From assembly GCA_951406725.2 (NCBI GenBank), contig OX597831.1, positions 47,058,001-47,122,000 of the forward strand: a stretch of DNA of 64,000 bases, written 5' to 3'. Shown one piece after another: positions 1-12,878 of the stretch. The number at the start of each line of letters is the position of its first letter. Positions within the stretch are counted from its first letter, which is position 1. This DNA is from Octopus vulgaris (taxonomy: Eukaryota). The translations under genes and the position numbers were made by a program. A model generated the notes under the pieces. It had not been told where the DNA came from. It did no database searches and worked only from the letters and a program-made list of their open reading frames with translations.

Positions 1-255
1 ATCAGTGCTTGACAACCAGTGTTGGTGTGTTTACAACCCTACGATTTAGTAGTTCAGCAAAAGAGACTGAAAGAATAAGTACCAGCAGGCTTAAAAAAAA
101 AAAGTACTGGAGTCAATTCATTCGACTGAAAATTCTTCAAGGCGTTGCTCCAGCATGGCTACAGTCAAATGTCTGAAACAAGCATAAAAAAAACAAAAAA
201 AAAACTCAAGAATGTATAATGTACATAGAAGTGAAAACAAGAGATATCAACAGAC

Positions 256-367
256 CTTTACGATAGTGGGATTGGTTACACAGAAACAATCATCAAGGTA
301 TAATTGCTCAAGATCATGTTGATTTTCTGCTATCAGTTGAATGGTTGAATCAGGAAGAGAACAGCAT
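256..367 (-). CDS. FBXL17: F-box/LRR protein exon 3 (LRR: CCSLPDSTIQLIAENQHDLEQLYLDDCFCVTNPTIVK); gene continues beyond the window start
   Basis: Acceptor ctgttctctag|A completes the phase-2 Gly codon. Then 37 open codons with a cysteine-containing LRR pattern (LEQLYLDDC..VT) and donor AAG|gtctgt. It is absent from the ORF track because it is short. Confidence 0.85.
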
Positions 368-2133
368 CTAGAGAACAGGGCATCAATAACGACAAATCAA
401 AAATCCACCTTGTCACCAAATGTAACCAATCACAAACATTCCAATCAAATCATTATGAATAAAAGCTGATAATTACTGATTATCCAGTTGTAATTACCAA
501 CATAAACATATCATTTAATGGCAATCACATGAATATACTGATTACTATATTTTCCCCTTTTATTTAAATAACTCAAAGTGCAGACATGATTGTATGATTA
601 AGAAGCTCTGTGGTTAATCCCATTGTACAGCACCTTAACCCTTTAGCATTTAATCTGATCATATCCAGCCTAACTATTCTCTCTGATTTATGTTGAAACC
701 AACCAGATCCAACCTCTCGTGCCTACCCGAAAATGTTGTTCTTAAAATAAACAATTACATCTTTGAAATCTCAAAGCTACAAGATAAAGCAGGAGTAATT
801 CAGAACAATGTGAATAAGTAAGCATTATATTTGACAGAGTAATCTGAATTGTAGAGGGGTGAGCGAATGTCTTCTGTAGCTTTGGACAAACAGTGCAGAG
901 GTATCTAGAACTGTACCTATATTTTGGTGACAGACTTAATCCATTGCTCAGTTTAACATTACAGTTTGATTCTTGATTTGCATTTAGTAGAGTCCACTCA
1001 GTCTGAGGATGACTCTTGAGTCATGGTTTCTAATCTCAGATGCCTTGCAAAAAGGCCATAGGTACTGCCCTTCTCCCTCTGACCAAGACATAAAAATATT
1101 AAAACATCAAAAACATTCGAACCATTCAACCCTACGACTGTCTATATGTAAATTCATTTAATGTCAGATAATTCCATCTTGACATTACAACCCACCAAAA
1201 ATACTTGTGAGTGTGGGGACCACTAGCAGTGGAGAACACAAGTGGACCTGGTCGGCTCTACGCATGGCGACATCTCTGCGACCACTAACCAGGGATGACC
1301 CCCAGCCTAATCAAGCAAGTGCACAAAGTACTAAGTGAAGCGATTGTCCTTCTCTTAACTGCTCTTCAGCCAAGTAAATGGGAGAGGAGAAATCAAGTAC
1401 TTTATGCAAGACAAAGTAATGCTGGAATATGAGCTAATAGCTCTCCTACAAAGAGAACAATAGCTTATCCAATCAGCCACTAGTGTATGCAATCTCAATC
1501 TCACTTGATTCACTCACTTTTGAACCCCTATGAAACTGCATTCTTAACATATCTTTACTTTTGGGGGCTTGGAAAAGCCATGGGTACTGCTTCGTCTTCC
1601 TCAGACAATCAAATAAAAACAAAAAGTTATTTTTGATAGACACTTTTCTATACTTACACTGAAACCCCAAAACCAAAAGATTACTAATATAAAGTTTACA
1701 ATATCTATTATTATAATAATTTCTTTCAAATTTTGGAATGAGGCCAGCAATTCTGAGAGGTGGACATCAATTTATGAAAATATGTGGCCTAGTGGTTCGG
1801 GGTGTTACTCATGATTGCAAGACAGTGGTTTTGATTCCTAGACTGGGCAGTACATTGTATTCTTGAGTAAATCACTTCATTTCACATTACTCCTATCCAC
1901 TAAACTTTAAATGAGTAGCCCTGCAGTGTACTGGCATCCCTTTCATGGGGAGTGTTGTTATCTTGGTCACTTATATACCATGGAAACGAGTTAACAGGCT
2001 CTATGACTCCTAGGGCTTGATAATGATGAAGTGAATTACATCAGCCCAAGTGTTCAATAGCTACTTGTTTTATCTATCTCAAAGGGATAAAAGGCAAAGT
2101 TGACATGTAACATGACTTTGGTTTTATCTATTA

Positions 2134-2516
2134 CTAGCAGTATCGCCCGGCGTTGCTCGGGTTTGTTTCAACCCTTTAGAATTGGAATTTTTGAAAAGTT
2201 TTGCATTATGTGGCTTGTTATTCTCTTTAAGTGAACATTTTTCTGGTTGAAATACACCGAAAAATAGCGACACAGTAGTCAAAAAATCGTAAAAAATAGG
2301 GATTTTCATAGAAAAAAAGAACCTTTTTATGTAAATAATTTTTGATGTTAACATGGTCCAATTTGAATTTTTTCTTCTACGGAAGGAAGAGCAAGCCTTC
2401 TTCTATCATACTCTCAATTTTGGTCAACTTGTGCTGCAAGGTCTTGGAGGAGATAGTGTTAATTGAAGGCTACCAAACCTGCCATACAGACAACTTCAGC
2501 TTTATATATATAAAGA
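2134..2516 (-). mobile_element. Non-autonomous Helitron
   Basis: Minus strand starts TC(ttta..) after an A and ends with the hairpin cccgagcaacgccggg + cgatactg + CTAG before a T. There is no TSD. The same 3' end recurs at 16251, 21680, 39350 and 58453. Confidence 0.75.
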
Positions 2517-3182
2517 TTACAGTGATAGACAATATTTCAAAATTTTAAACAAAATATTTTAAAACATCGTTAACATCAACTCAATGATTACCTCAAAACA
2601 TTGTTTAAAAACAAACAAAATTAAAGATGAGCTGAGTAAAGATGTGGAGCTCACAAATAAACATTACAACATGCAAAACAACTCGGAAGACTATGTGGTC
2701 TTTGACTAACTAGAAAGGGCAACCAAGTCTCTCTCAAGTCATATTCCACAACATTATTAGATCATGCGATCCTAGGTAAATGTTACATGAGAAAATGAGG
2801 GGATGTCACAGCTAGGTTGTCTTTGATCGTAGATTTGCTTAATCAGGACTCAATTATTTTAAATAATAATACCATCATCATTTTAACATCCATTTTCAAA
2901 GGCTTGTATGAGTTAGAGTTTATTGATGCAAATTTTCTAAAGCCAGATGCCCTTCTTGTCACCAACCTTTACTTGTTACTGTTGTAATGAAAATGGTATT
3001 TCTTCCTTTTCACATGACAAAGTGGTATGAGGAGCCACAGTCATTGTAGGAGTTCTCAGAGTCAATGTCAGTTACGTGATATATAGGAGTTTGAGTTACC
3101 ATCAAGGAAGACGTTTCAAAGTCATTGTCTTGTGGAGCTATCAGCGATAGCACGACGAGTCAAAGATAATAAGACGCAGAAT

Positions 3183-3417
3183 ACCTATTTCTTTACTACC
3201 TACAAGGGGCTAAACACAGAAGGGACAAACAAGGACAGACAAAGGGATTAAGTCGATTACATCGACCCCAGTGCGTAACTGGTACTTAATTTATCGACCC
3301 TGAAAGGATGAAAGGCAAAGTCGACCTCGGCGGAATTTGAACTCAGAACGCAGCGGCGGACGAAATACCACAAAGCATTTCGCCCGGCGTGCTAACGTTT
3401 CTGCCAGCTCATTGCCT
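3183..3417 (-). mobile_element. SINE family B (head ggcggcgagctggcagaaacgttagc...; body gtcgactttgcctttcatcctttcggggtcgataaattaagtaccag)
   Basis: Dispersed repeat with a B-box-like gagttcaaattcc. About 12 copies in the window, e.g. 29464, 32270, 33908, 36002, 41300, 44799, 48213, 48608, 52996, 62782. Confidence 0.75.
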
Positions 3418-3629
3418 AAGATGCAGAATACCGCCACAACATAATAGTGGCAACAGAAATATTACAGTGCAGATAACAACATACAAGTGGATGAGGATCC
3501 ATATTATAACAGTTACCAAGTGAGGTAATGTTTTTCTATGGCCAGATATGTTTTTACATAATATTGGAAATGAATAATATTCATTTACAACAATTATGCA
3601 ATGTCAAGACAAAAACACATACACATATA

Positions 3630-3955
3630 TACTCTTTTACTTGTTTCAGTCATTTGACTGCGGCCATGCTGGAGCACCACCTTTTAGTCGAGCAAATCGA
3701 TCCCAGGACTTATTCTTTGTAAGCCTAGTACTTATTCTGTCAGTCTCTTTTGCTGAACTGCTAAGTTACGGGGACATAAACACACCACCATCGGCTGTCA
3801 AGTGATGTTGTGGGAGACAAACACAAATGCAGACACACACATACATATATATATACACATATATATGACGGGCTTCTTTCAGTTTCCGTCTACCAAATCC
3901 ACTCACAAGTGGGAATGAACCTGGAACCATGTGGTTGGTAAGCTAGCTACTTACC
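3630..3955 (-). mobile_element. SINE family A copy in intron 2
   Basis: Reverse complement of the family A consensus: tRNA-like head, CORE-like ggcaccttgggcaagtg, internal (TA)n(TG)n, tail gactgaaacaagtaaaagag. Confidence 0.8.
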
Positions 3956-4388
3956 ATCCACCAAACCCACTCATGAGGCTTTGGTCAGCTTGGGCTCCAG
4001 TAGTCTCACACAGTCGGACTGAACTCAGACATGTGTAGTTCAGAAGCAAGCTTCTTAACCGCCATAGCCACACTGGGTTATAGCTAAATAAATTTCTCAA
4101 GAGTTCAAAATGATTTTTTAAGAGTTGCTACCCTCCTAAACCCAGTCAGGGACTATGTTCGTCACAGAGGTTATTTTTCAATTATTTTTTTTAACAGCTA
4201 AAATATGAGCAAAACGTGATTCTCTGATCTATCTAAAAAAGCAGTGACTGTAGATCAGAACTCACTTGGATTATTTGCAACCAGTCCTGCTTCTACCAGC
4301 CTGGAAAGTGGATGTAAAATGATGATAATGATGGTGATGATTTGTGGTTTTACGATGGGAGGCAAAAGTAAAGGAAACAGTTTCATAC

Positions 4389-5213
4389 CCTTTCAGAGAT
4401 AAAAATGATAACCATCGACATTTTTTAAGAACACTTGAGATCCCTTCAGGGGAAAATCCCATTGTATTTGAGATATCTAAATGAACCACATGATTGCTGT
4501 AGGAGGTGATTTTGTCAAGAATTTCATCTGACAGAGTCTTGTGACCAAAGTCCTGAAAATTGATATGTCTCCACAATGATGGATCTTTAGCTAGTTCATA
4601 CCATTTTTTACAAACTAATTCAACCGAATGTATTCGTTCAGGAATAGTGAGGTACTTAAAGATTTCTAGAAGGATACTGCTTGGTAAATTAAGAATGTGT
4701 AACGAATCCTCTGGAGATGGTACTCCATTTGTATGTTCTGAATGAACTTCAGAGTCCTGCTTTTGTTCTGATGTGTCTTGAGTAAGACTAATGACTTTAC
4801 TTGCTACAATTACTTCTGGTTCCTGTTGAGAAAACACTGTCCTACTAGGAGAGATTTTGTAGTTTGTTGACTCAGCCGAACAATGGTATTTAGAAGAATG
4901 ACATTTTGACAAAACTAAGTTACTGCAATCAGTAGAAGTTGTTTCCTGAGTCTGTGGGAGAGAAGTTAAGTGTTTGTCATGTTCATTGCTAACATTACTT
5001 TCATCTTTAGAGTTCTGTAAAGAAATTGAGACTGTATTTACACCCTTTACATTCATTGAACAAGAGTCTGAAATAGTTCTAACTGACAACTCGCCAGTCT
5101 CTACTCCTACATTGATCATCTTGTTGTTGTTTCCTCGACGTACTTTGCAAAGTTGTTCGTTATCACGAGTAGGTGACGCTGGGCATCTTTTCAGTGTTCT
5201 TGTGTGAAGTTTC
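4389..5213 (-). CDS. FBXL17: F-box/LRR protein (FBXL17-like), exon 2: low-complexity N-terminus, F-box and first LRRs
   Basis: Acceptor poly(T)-cacatgtag|G AAA CTT and donor AAA GG|gtatga. The frame is open and contains an F-box (LNLPSSILLEIFKYLTIPERIHSVELVCKKWYELAKDPSLWRHINF) followed by LRR-like SDEILDKITSYSNHVVHLDIS. It resembles FBXL17 from memory; orthology is not tested. Confidence 0.85.
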
Positions 5214-5675
5214 CTACATGTGAAAAAAAAACAAAAAAAAAAAACAGTTCATTTCATAATTTGAAATATACGTTATAAAATAGACTGTACTAGTATAAAT
5301 GAATAAAAAGAAAACTGAGATAAAAGTGTCTCTGATTAAAAATAAATAATAATCATAATAGTAACTTAAAATAAAACTCAAGATGCTTCTACCTTAATTC
5401 TGTATTTTGAATGCAAGCAACCAAAGTCAGATACATTTTTTCATTCAAAATCCTAATGTAAAACCTTTTTGTAGCTAATGCTATTGAAAACAATGTAAAA
5501 CAAGATATGCGATGAAGTAATTTCCTTCATGGATTCAGCCGATCTCACTGTGGCTCCATGGGCTAGTGTCTTTTAATTGTACTGAAGAGTAATTATTGGA
5601 CCTAACAAAAGGGAACTTTCTCCTTCAAAAATGTACTATCAGAATACAGAAGATAAACATGTGTGCTTACGAATT

Positions 5676-5925
5676 TCATCATCATCATTCAGTTTTTGCT
5701 TTCCATGCTGGCATGGTTTAGATGGTTTGATTGAAACTGGTAAGCTGGAGAGCTGCACCAGGTTCCAGTCTGATTTGGCATGGTCTCTAATGGCTGGATG
5801 CCTTACCTAACACCAACCACTTTACAGAGGGTAATAGGTGCTTTTTACGTACCATCGGCATGGGTGCCTGTTATGTGACACCAGCTTCAGCCATGACTAC
5901 AATTTCATTTGGCTTGATAGGTCTT
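5676..5925 (-). mobile_element. 3' end of an RTE-like LINE with (GAT)n tail
   Basis: catcatcatcat...ttccatgctggcatgg...ggctggatgcc motif shared with 36886, 42400, 53195 and 60879. Confidence 0.55.
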
Positions 5926-7068
5926 TGGAAATCAATATGTATATACATTTATGTATTTGTTTTGCAAGATTCCTGTTGTGAAATCGTGTGTTGAAACAGA
6001 TATTGTTATATTTGGGGATGGTCATTAAAAAAATTTTTTTTTTAAAGTTTGTTTTTTGGCTAATTAACCACACGCACTATATAATTGTTCTTCACTGCAA
6101 CCTTAATTATTATTCTTATTTCAGTGACCATTGCCTGAAATCTTTCAGACAACAAACACTAAAAGAATAATAATAAAGCTGCAGTAAAGAATAAGTATAC
6201 AGTGTGTGTGGTTAATTAGCCGAAAAGAAAAAAGTTACCACTCCCAAATATAACAATAAAAATATGTATACATCTATGCAAAAACAAACACAAAAGTGTA
6301 TTGTGTCTGTGTTGTTTGTTTTTGTTTTTTTATTCCTAGATGTTTACATTAAATATCTTAAAATTGTCACTCCTGAGAACAAAGCTTCTGAAATGGATAG
6401 AGAAAATTCAAAGTGTTGCTCTGGAACAATGGTTATGACATTTGTCAAGTTCACAGATGTGGGTTCAAGTCCCATGGTCAACCATCATATTTTACCCATC
6501 CATGATTTTTTTTTTTTAACTCAATATTCTAGGAGCTACTATACATAGCTTTATCTACTTCAAACTCTACCATAAAAGAAAAAAGAAGTTCACTTCTTTT
6601 GCACAGATCCTGCATTCTTGCTCTTTAAATTGGATGAAAAATAGCAGTGATATACTACCTATACATAGTCGCCTAGCCCAGCTCACCATCAAAGTGACAC
6701 CAGCAGAAGTCTGACAAAATGGAAGTAGACTCCTATATTCAAAAGTTGCTAAAGTTAGCTTACTGTTGCTCTTGTGTTGATTTCTAAGTGCCAAATCAAG
6801 AATCTGAAGAAAATGGTAAAAAGTCCATGCCGACAACATTGATAAAAGTAAATCCAGGAGAATTTCTTGATTGTTAATAAGTTTGGTTAATGCAAGTAAT
6901 GTGAAGAGCTGAAGGTTCAGATTAAAGCTTTTCAATGATGGCTGGCCTCCACGGCTGAAATGGAATGGCATGCCATCCTCAAAGGCAATGCCTACTCCAT
7001 TTTATCTGCCAGGGCCATGCAGCAGACTGACAAGTCTTTTTAGCTACAGCTGTTGTATCTATTAAAAA

Positions 7069-7441
7069 GCTGAGTGGTAAGTAGCTTGCTTACCAACCAC
7101 ATAGTTCCAGGTTCAGTCCCACTGCATAGCACCTTGGGCAAGTGTCTTCTACTATAGCCTCGGGCCAACCAAAGCCTTGCGAGTGGATTTGGTAGATGGA
7201 AACTGAAAAGAAGTCCGTTGTATATATGTATATATAAGTGTGTGTGTCTGTGTTTGTCCCCCTAACATCGCTTGACAACCGATGCTGGTGCGTTTACATC
7301 CCTATAACTTAATGGTTCGGTAAAAGAGACTGATAGAATAAGTACTAGGCTTCCAAAGACTAAGTCCTGGGCTCGATTTGCTTAACTAAAGGCGGTGCTC
7401 CAGCATGGCTGCAGTCAAATGACTGAAACAAGTAAAAGAGT
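7069..7441 (+). mobile_element. SINE family A (tRNA-derived, CORE-like), intron 1
   Basis: A-box-like ggctgtgtggtaag and B-box-like ggttcagtccc, CORE-like segment, internal microsatellite and (gtaaaaga)n tail. About 20 copies in the window, e.g. 1-185, 11623, 17245, 22040, 38409, 42411, 44049, 45854, 46467, 50260, 50975, 55783, 63315. Confidence 0.8.
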
Positions 7442-7729
7442 AATTCTTATTTGATTTAGTTGCCTGAACACAAACTGTCACCTATTTCCTTTCAGTTGTC
7501 CATTTCTCTCTCCATCCACATACATCTCACACCCTCTCAACTAAACTGAATGACCCTCAACAAACTCTCATAGATCAATAATCGTAAACTAGTTGATTAT
7601 ATTAAAAAAAAAAAAATTGGCGCTCCGTTGGTTGTGGCAAGGGTTCCAGTTGACCTGATCAACAGAACTGCCTGCTCATGAAATTAACATGCAAGTGACT
7701 GAGCACTCCACAGATGTTCTCTTTCTCTT

Positions 7730-8140
7730 TTTCTCTTATGCTTGTTTCAGTCATTTGACTGTCGCCATGCTGGAGCACCACCTTTAGTCGAGCAAATCGA
7801 CCCCAGGACTTATTCTTTGGAAGCCTAGTACTTATTCTATTGGACTCTTTTGCCGAACTGCTAAGTTACGGGGACATAAACACACCACCATCGGTTGTCA
7901 AGAAATGTCGGGGGGGGACAAACACAGACACACAAACATATAGACACACATACATATATATATATATACATATATACAACAGGCTTCTTTCAGTTTCCAT
8001 CTACCAAATCCACTCACAAGGCTTTGGTCGGCCCGAGGCTATAGTAGAAGACACTTGCCCAAGGTGCAACGCAGTGGGACTGAACCCGGAACCATGTGGT
8101 TGGTAAGCAAGCTACTTACAACACAGTCACTCCTGTGCCT
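7730..8140 (-). mobile_element. SINE family A, intron 1, inverted relative to 7069-7441
   Basis: Full-length reverse-complement copy. Confidence 0.8.
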
Positions 8141-9917
8141 CCTTATCATAGTTCTCAAGGAGATTCAGCGTAACACAGAATGTGACTAAGCTGGCCTTCT
8201 GAATTACATGTACAACTCACTTTTGTCAGCTGAGTGGACTGGAGAAACGTAAAATAAAGTGTCTTGCTCAAGAACACAACATGCCTTTGGGAATCGAACT
8301 CACAACCATACGATCGCGAGCCAAAATATCCAAACCACTAAGCCATGCAACCTTCATTCAGTTCATTGTATATAATACAAAGTACCGAGAAAACAGATGT
8401 TAACAAGTATCGATTGTGAATCTGATGATTTTCAAAATTTTCACACGGTTACATAGTTTTTTTGTGCTAATTACGAAAATCGTAACCAATTTTTTAACAT
8501 GAAAAACTACAAGTGTAAAACATCGAATTAACCGAAAAGATTTATGGTCGCTGATAATAAAAAAATGTAATATTTCTTTAAATAAAGAAGAAAAAAACCT
8601 GGTTGAAGACAAATTTTCGTAAAATATTCAAAGTTATCATATCTCTGGAGAGTTTTGTTGTAATAATAAATTTCAACCCAAAGGATCCATGTTCTTTTCA
8701 ACCTTTATTAGTGAAAGACATTTTTCTCTTAATCTAACGGAATAAACGAAAAGCAAAAGCATTGAACTCGGCTAAAAATTAACATTAATAAAACTGAATT
8801 ATTCTTAAAAGCAAAAACATTACATTATCTTGACAGACAAAATACGGTCCAACAAACGATGAAGATTAGAGAAGGCATTGGAACCAGCAACATAGGCTGT
8901 GTGGACAATCGAACAGCTAAAAATTGCAATAAAATTTCCCTCAAATCACAGACTAACATCTTAGATAAACCAGTCATCTTAGAAAAGTAGGCGTAAACTC
9001 AGGGTCGCCAAGGACGGTGAGCATAGGAAAATGGTGGGGTGGTTACATCTGGAATAGCTCAGATTAGTGGTGTGCCTCCTCAGTCGGTACAGACAAGGCA
9101 CTAAACAATAAGAATTAGAGATGACAATGCGAGTTCAATCTTAGTTTATCTTTGACTCCTGTTGACCAACTGCTTGATACGGAAATGAAAAAAAAATTGT
9201 CAAAAACAAGACACTTAGAAATAGCTTCGAGTTCAATTTGGTCCGCAAGTAATATCATCATCTATAAATTTGGTGTTACATAGCAAACATCAATGCAAAA
9301 GTCTTATAACGGGAAATAAGTGAGATTATGTAACATTCATGCCTCTTTCAAGGGCATTTAGCAGGATGACAACAATTGGATATCGAACTAAGTTCTTCAA
9401 AAGCTGCTTTCTTTCTATACCTAAGTATAAATATACAGAAAAAAAAAAAGTGAAGAAATTCACAAGTATATATTTAAATCCGTTCCTAAAACAATGCAAA
9501 GGAAAACACTTCAAATTGTGTTTTTTAATAAGACTTTTTTTGTTTTTGTTTAAAGCAGGAACAATTATTTATAAGAGTTATTTTCCCCGAGTTCTTTGTT
9601 TATGAGGATGTAAACAAATATAGAATTGGTAATTTTGAATGAGAAAACATAAGTTGTAAACATTAACCAAACATATTCCTTTATTTTTTTCGCTTAGAAT
9701 AATTTTTGTGTATCGATTCCCAAAGCGATAACAAAATAATATAATTTATACAACCATAATAAGCCGAATAAAATACTGCTCACAAAAATCTAATGAGTGG
9801 ATCCTAAGCATTGGTGAAGTTATTATACAAGTTGTAACTCGAAGAAGTAAACTGGAACAGTTTACAATGAACAGAGAAAGAAATATTTTGACAACCGGCG
9901 ATTCACACTTAACTTAC

Positions 9918-9955
9918 CCGCTGTCGTCCGCCATCATATTTGTATACACTGCCAT
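9918..9955 (-). CDS. F-box/LRR gene (FBXL17-like), putative first coding exon (MAVYTNMMADDSG; start could be ATG at 9955, 9937 or 9934)
   Basis: Minus strand reads ATG GCA GTG TAT ACA AAT ATG ATG GCG GAC GAC AGC GG|gtaagt. This is a consensus donor in phase 2, matching the phase-2 acceptor of the 4389-5213 exon. It lies in a locally CpG-containing unique region. Confidence 0.7.
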
Positions 9956-10070
9956 CTGGTTTTATTAAAATAAATTAACTGAATTATCTCCCTTCTATTT
10001 AATAGCCGTCCGCCTATTCATTATCTCATTCCCAAATCTTACTATTAGTTGTCTTCGTCGGGCTCCGTCC
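9926..10070 (-). promoter_or_regulatory. Putative promoter/5' region of the F-box gene
   Basis: Unique, CpG-containing stretch around the first exon. Minus strand has accagatggcagtg (CTCF-like core) and atgatggcgg (YY1-like) overlapping the start codons. Confidence 0.35.
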
Positions 10071-10249
10071 GTTTTAAGGATGTGATGGAAATTTCTTCTT
10101 TTCCTTTCGTTGTTTTTATTTCCTTACCACGCCCTTATTATGCTGGCACATGGTATACTGCAATTGGGTAAGCCTATTCGAATGTGGCAAGCTTTATTGT
10201 AGTGACCACAAATAAAAACCGAGTCGTTTTGCTAGCTTCTACATTTACT

Positions 10250-10850
10250 GTTTAAATGTCCGATGCTGATTTCGATCGGTCTTTGCTTTTATTTTCACCT
10301 TTGCTTTTATTTTCACCTTTGCCTTCGTCGCATGTCTCAAGGGTAGATGATTGGACACTATGCTCTTTTGATGATTTTATTTCAATGCATATTGAACAAA
10401 AGTTCTTTTGCACATCTCTTATTCTTAGGTATGGACAGTGCGTTGGACGCAATTCGTATTGAAGTTAGTCATATAGATCCTTTAGGAAATGGCCCTCGTC
10501 CATTCAACACCTTGACCGACCAAACCTTCGCAGGAAACGGTTCACTGAGTATTACAGATATATTCTTAGATTCTGTTCTGCCTAGGACCTGAGAGTTGGT
10601 GACGTCTTCCCATGAGAGAACATCTGAGATTTTGCGAAGACATGTCATGTGAAAAAGCATTTCACTTCTTCCCTTGTCTGAGATACGTTGCCTCTGTTTC
10701 GGTACGATGTAAGAAAGTGCCGAGGACGCTAGCTTAATACATTTTCAGTTTGGTGTTCATTGTCAGGTTTTTGTTCTAAATTGTTGGTGGGTCTAATCGT
10801 CATAATAGCTTCGTTCAGACACTTCAATGTCTATCACGTTGAGTGTGGAG
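10250..10850 (-). mobile_element. Decayed RTE-clade LINE, C-terminal part of the RT ORF
   Basis: Frameshifted translations LFHMTCLRKISDVLSWEDVTNSQVL and RPTHCPYLRIRDVQK resemble the RTE C-terminal motifs (FH..CLR.I..I.W.D.V.N..VL; GRP..R..D). Confidence 0.6.
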
Positions 10851-12794
10851 CCCTTAATAAAAACTGAAGGATGATACGGTTAAAGAAAACTCTCTGAGTA
10901 TGTTGGAGTGTAAAACTAACACTTCCTTTTTCCGAGCTGAGATTCGAAACCGAATCTAAGGATTCTCGCTCGTCTGATGTAACACAGACCAAACAGACGC
11001 GATAGAAATTTCTTTGTCCTGATAAAAAATGATGGATGGTTTCCCTTCGACCTCAGTCGTGTCATTTAAGGTTCAAGTGGACAGAAGGCGACCTATATAT
11101 GTAGGAATTTCCCCTCTGGTATGTCTGTCCTTCTACCTGTCACGACCATTATAAATACAGTAATCCGTCAAAGGACGGCAGAGAGATATAGCCAGAGGCG
11201 AGACGGCCAACAAGTAACTTCGCCAGTTTAGCAGGCAACACAGATCCGTATATTCGACATGAACGATCTAACAACCGCAGAACATAAACAGACACCACCG
11301 AATGACCAATGCATAAACAGACACAAAACATGTCCGACTCTACCTCATCATATCGACACAATATTTACCCTGTTAATTTCTTCTTAGCCAGCTCGAAGTA
11401 AAGTTGGTAAGGTCATGTAGTGAGATTTTTGGTATATACAAGTAAATGCTATTGGCGTTTAAATAAATTATTTAAACTACAATCTGATGCTTTCCCATTG
11501 TTTTACTTTGAAGTCGTCCACATGCCTATTTTATCTGCAACCCCAACATATTTTGCTACACCTTTCCAACTACAGGAGAATTGATTTATGATGCTCTGAG
11601 GACCGCCATGTGTATAACATATAGGCGTAGAGTGGCTGTGTGGTAAGTAGCTTGCTTACCAACCACATGGTTCCAGGTTCAGTCCCACAGCGTGGCACCT
11701 TAGGCAAGTGTCTTCTACTATAGCCTCGGGTCGACCAAAGCCTTTTGAGTGGATTTGGTAGACGGAAACTGAAAGAAGCCCGTTGTATATATGTATATAC
11801 ATAAGTATGTGTGTGTATATATTTGTGTGTCTGTGTTTGTCTCCCTAACATCGCTTGACAACCGATGCTGGTGTGTTTATGTCCCCGTAACTTAGCGATT
11901 CGGCGAAAGAGACCGATAGAATAAGTACTAGGCTTATAGTGTGTGAGTCGTAGAGCGCGCGCGCGTGTCTGTGACGTCTTATAACTGTTTGTCTCTCTAC
12001 TTCCCTAGAGTCTTATCTATTGCTGTCACATATTGTGAAATTTTAAAATTTGGTATATTGAAATAATTTTCCACGTTAAACCCGATTTTGTTATTTATTT
12101 GTTCCAGAAAAACTGCAGAAAAATGTTCTAGTGGTTTAAAGTTTAATCAATTCTATCTAATCAGAAATCAGGAATTGGAAGCTAGCATTTTCTACATGAT
12201 AGCTGTCTATCACAGAATGAAAGCAAAATCATTACGAGGAGGAATTTTTATTAAACAAAACGAAAGCAAAGCATTACGAAGACCAAATTTGTAAGAACTT
12301 CTGAAATTTTAATAAGTTTTAATAAATAAAATCACGCAAAACGGTCGAACAGACATGTAAATAATTTAAAAAGGGAAAAATCATCGACGATGTTCTGTGG
12401 CGAAGAATTGCACAAATCTGTCTTGATCAAGAGGTCTATCTGTCGGGTAAGGCATGATCTGACATGGAAAAAACAAAAATTTATGTAAGACATTCTATTT
12501 TTAAAAATTGTCCGACAACAATGGGCTATTCAGTTAAAAACTGTCATGGTGGGGTGGGCTATTTTTGGATAAAATGAGAAGGGTGCAAGGGTGTTAGTGT
12601 GAGAGAAATGAGGTGACATAGGGAGAGTGACTGATATCAGGAAAGGGGAGAACAGATTTGCGTAAGCAACAAATATGGAGTGGTATTGGGTAGTTAACGT
12701 TAATACAGCTGTTATTCAGGGATACACACACGAGCGCTTTTAATTAGTTTACGAAGTCAAGTCGTAGCAGACAGATGACAGCTAATGAAAACAG

Positions 12795-12843
<49 letters not shown>

Positions 12844-12878
12844 ATGCATACATGTATGTATGTAGGTATGTATGTACG

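Noticed and set aside
1003-1030. CTGAGGA followed by a perfect hairpin tgactc-tt-gagtca
   Set aside because: No GAAA after the stem, so it is not supportable as a hammerhead.
4271-4388. His-rich C-terminus of the 282-aa ORF
   Set aside because: It lies past the GG|gtatga donor, so it is intronic read-through.
6567-7010. 134-aa ORF in intron 1
   Set aside because: No recognisable domain or splice support; possibly a decayed LINE endonuclease fragment.
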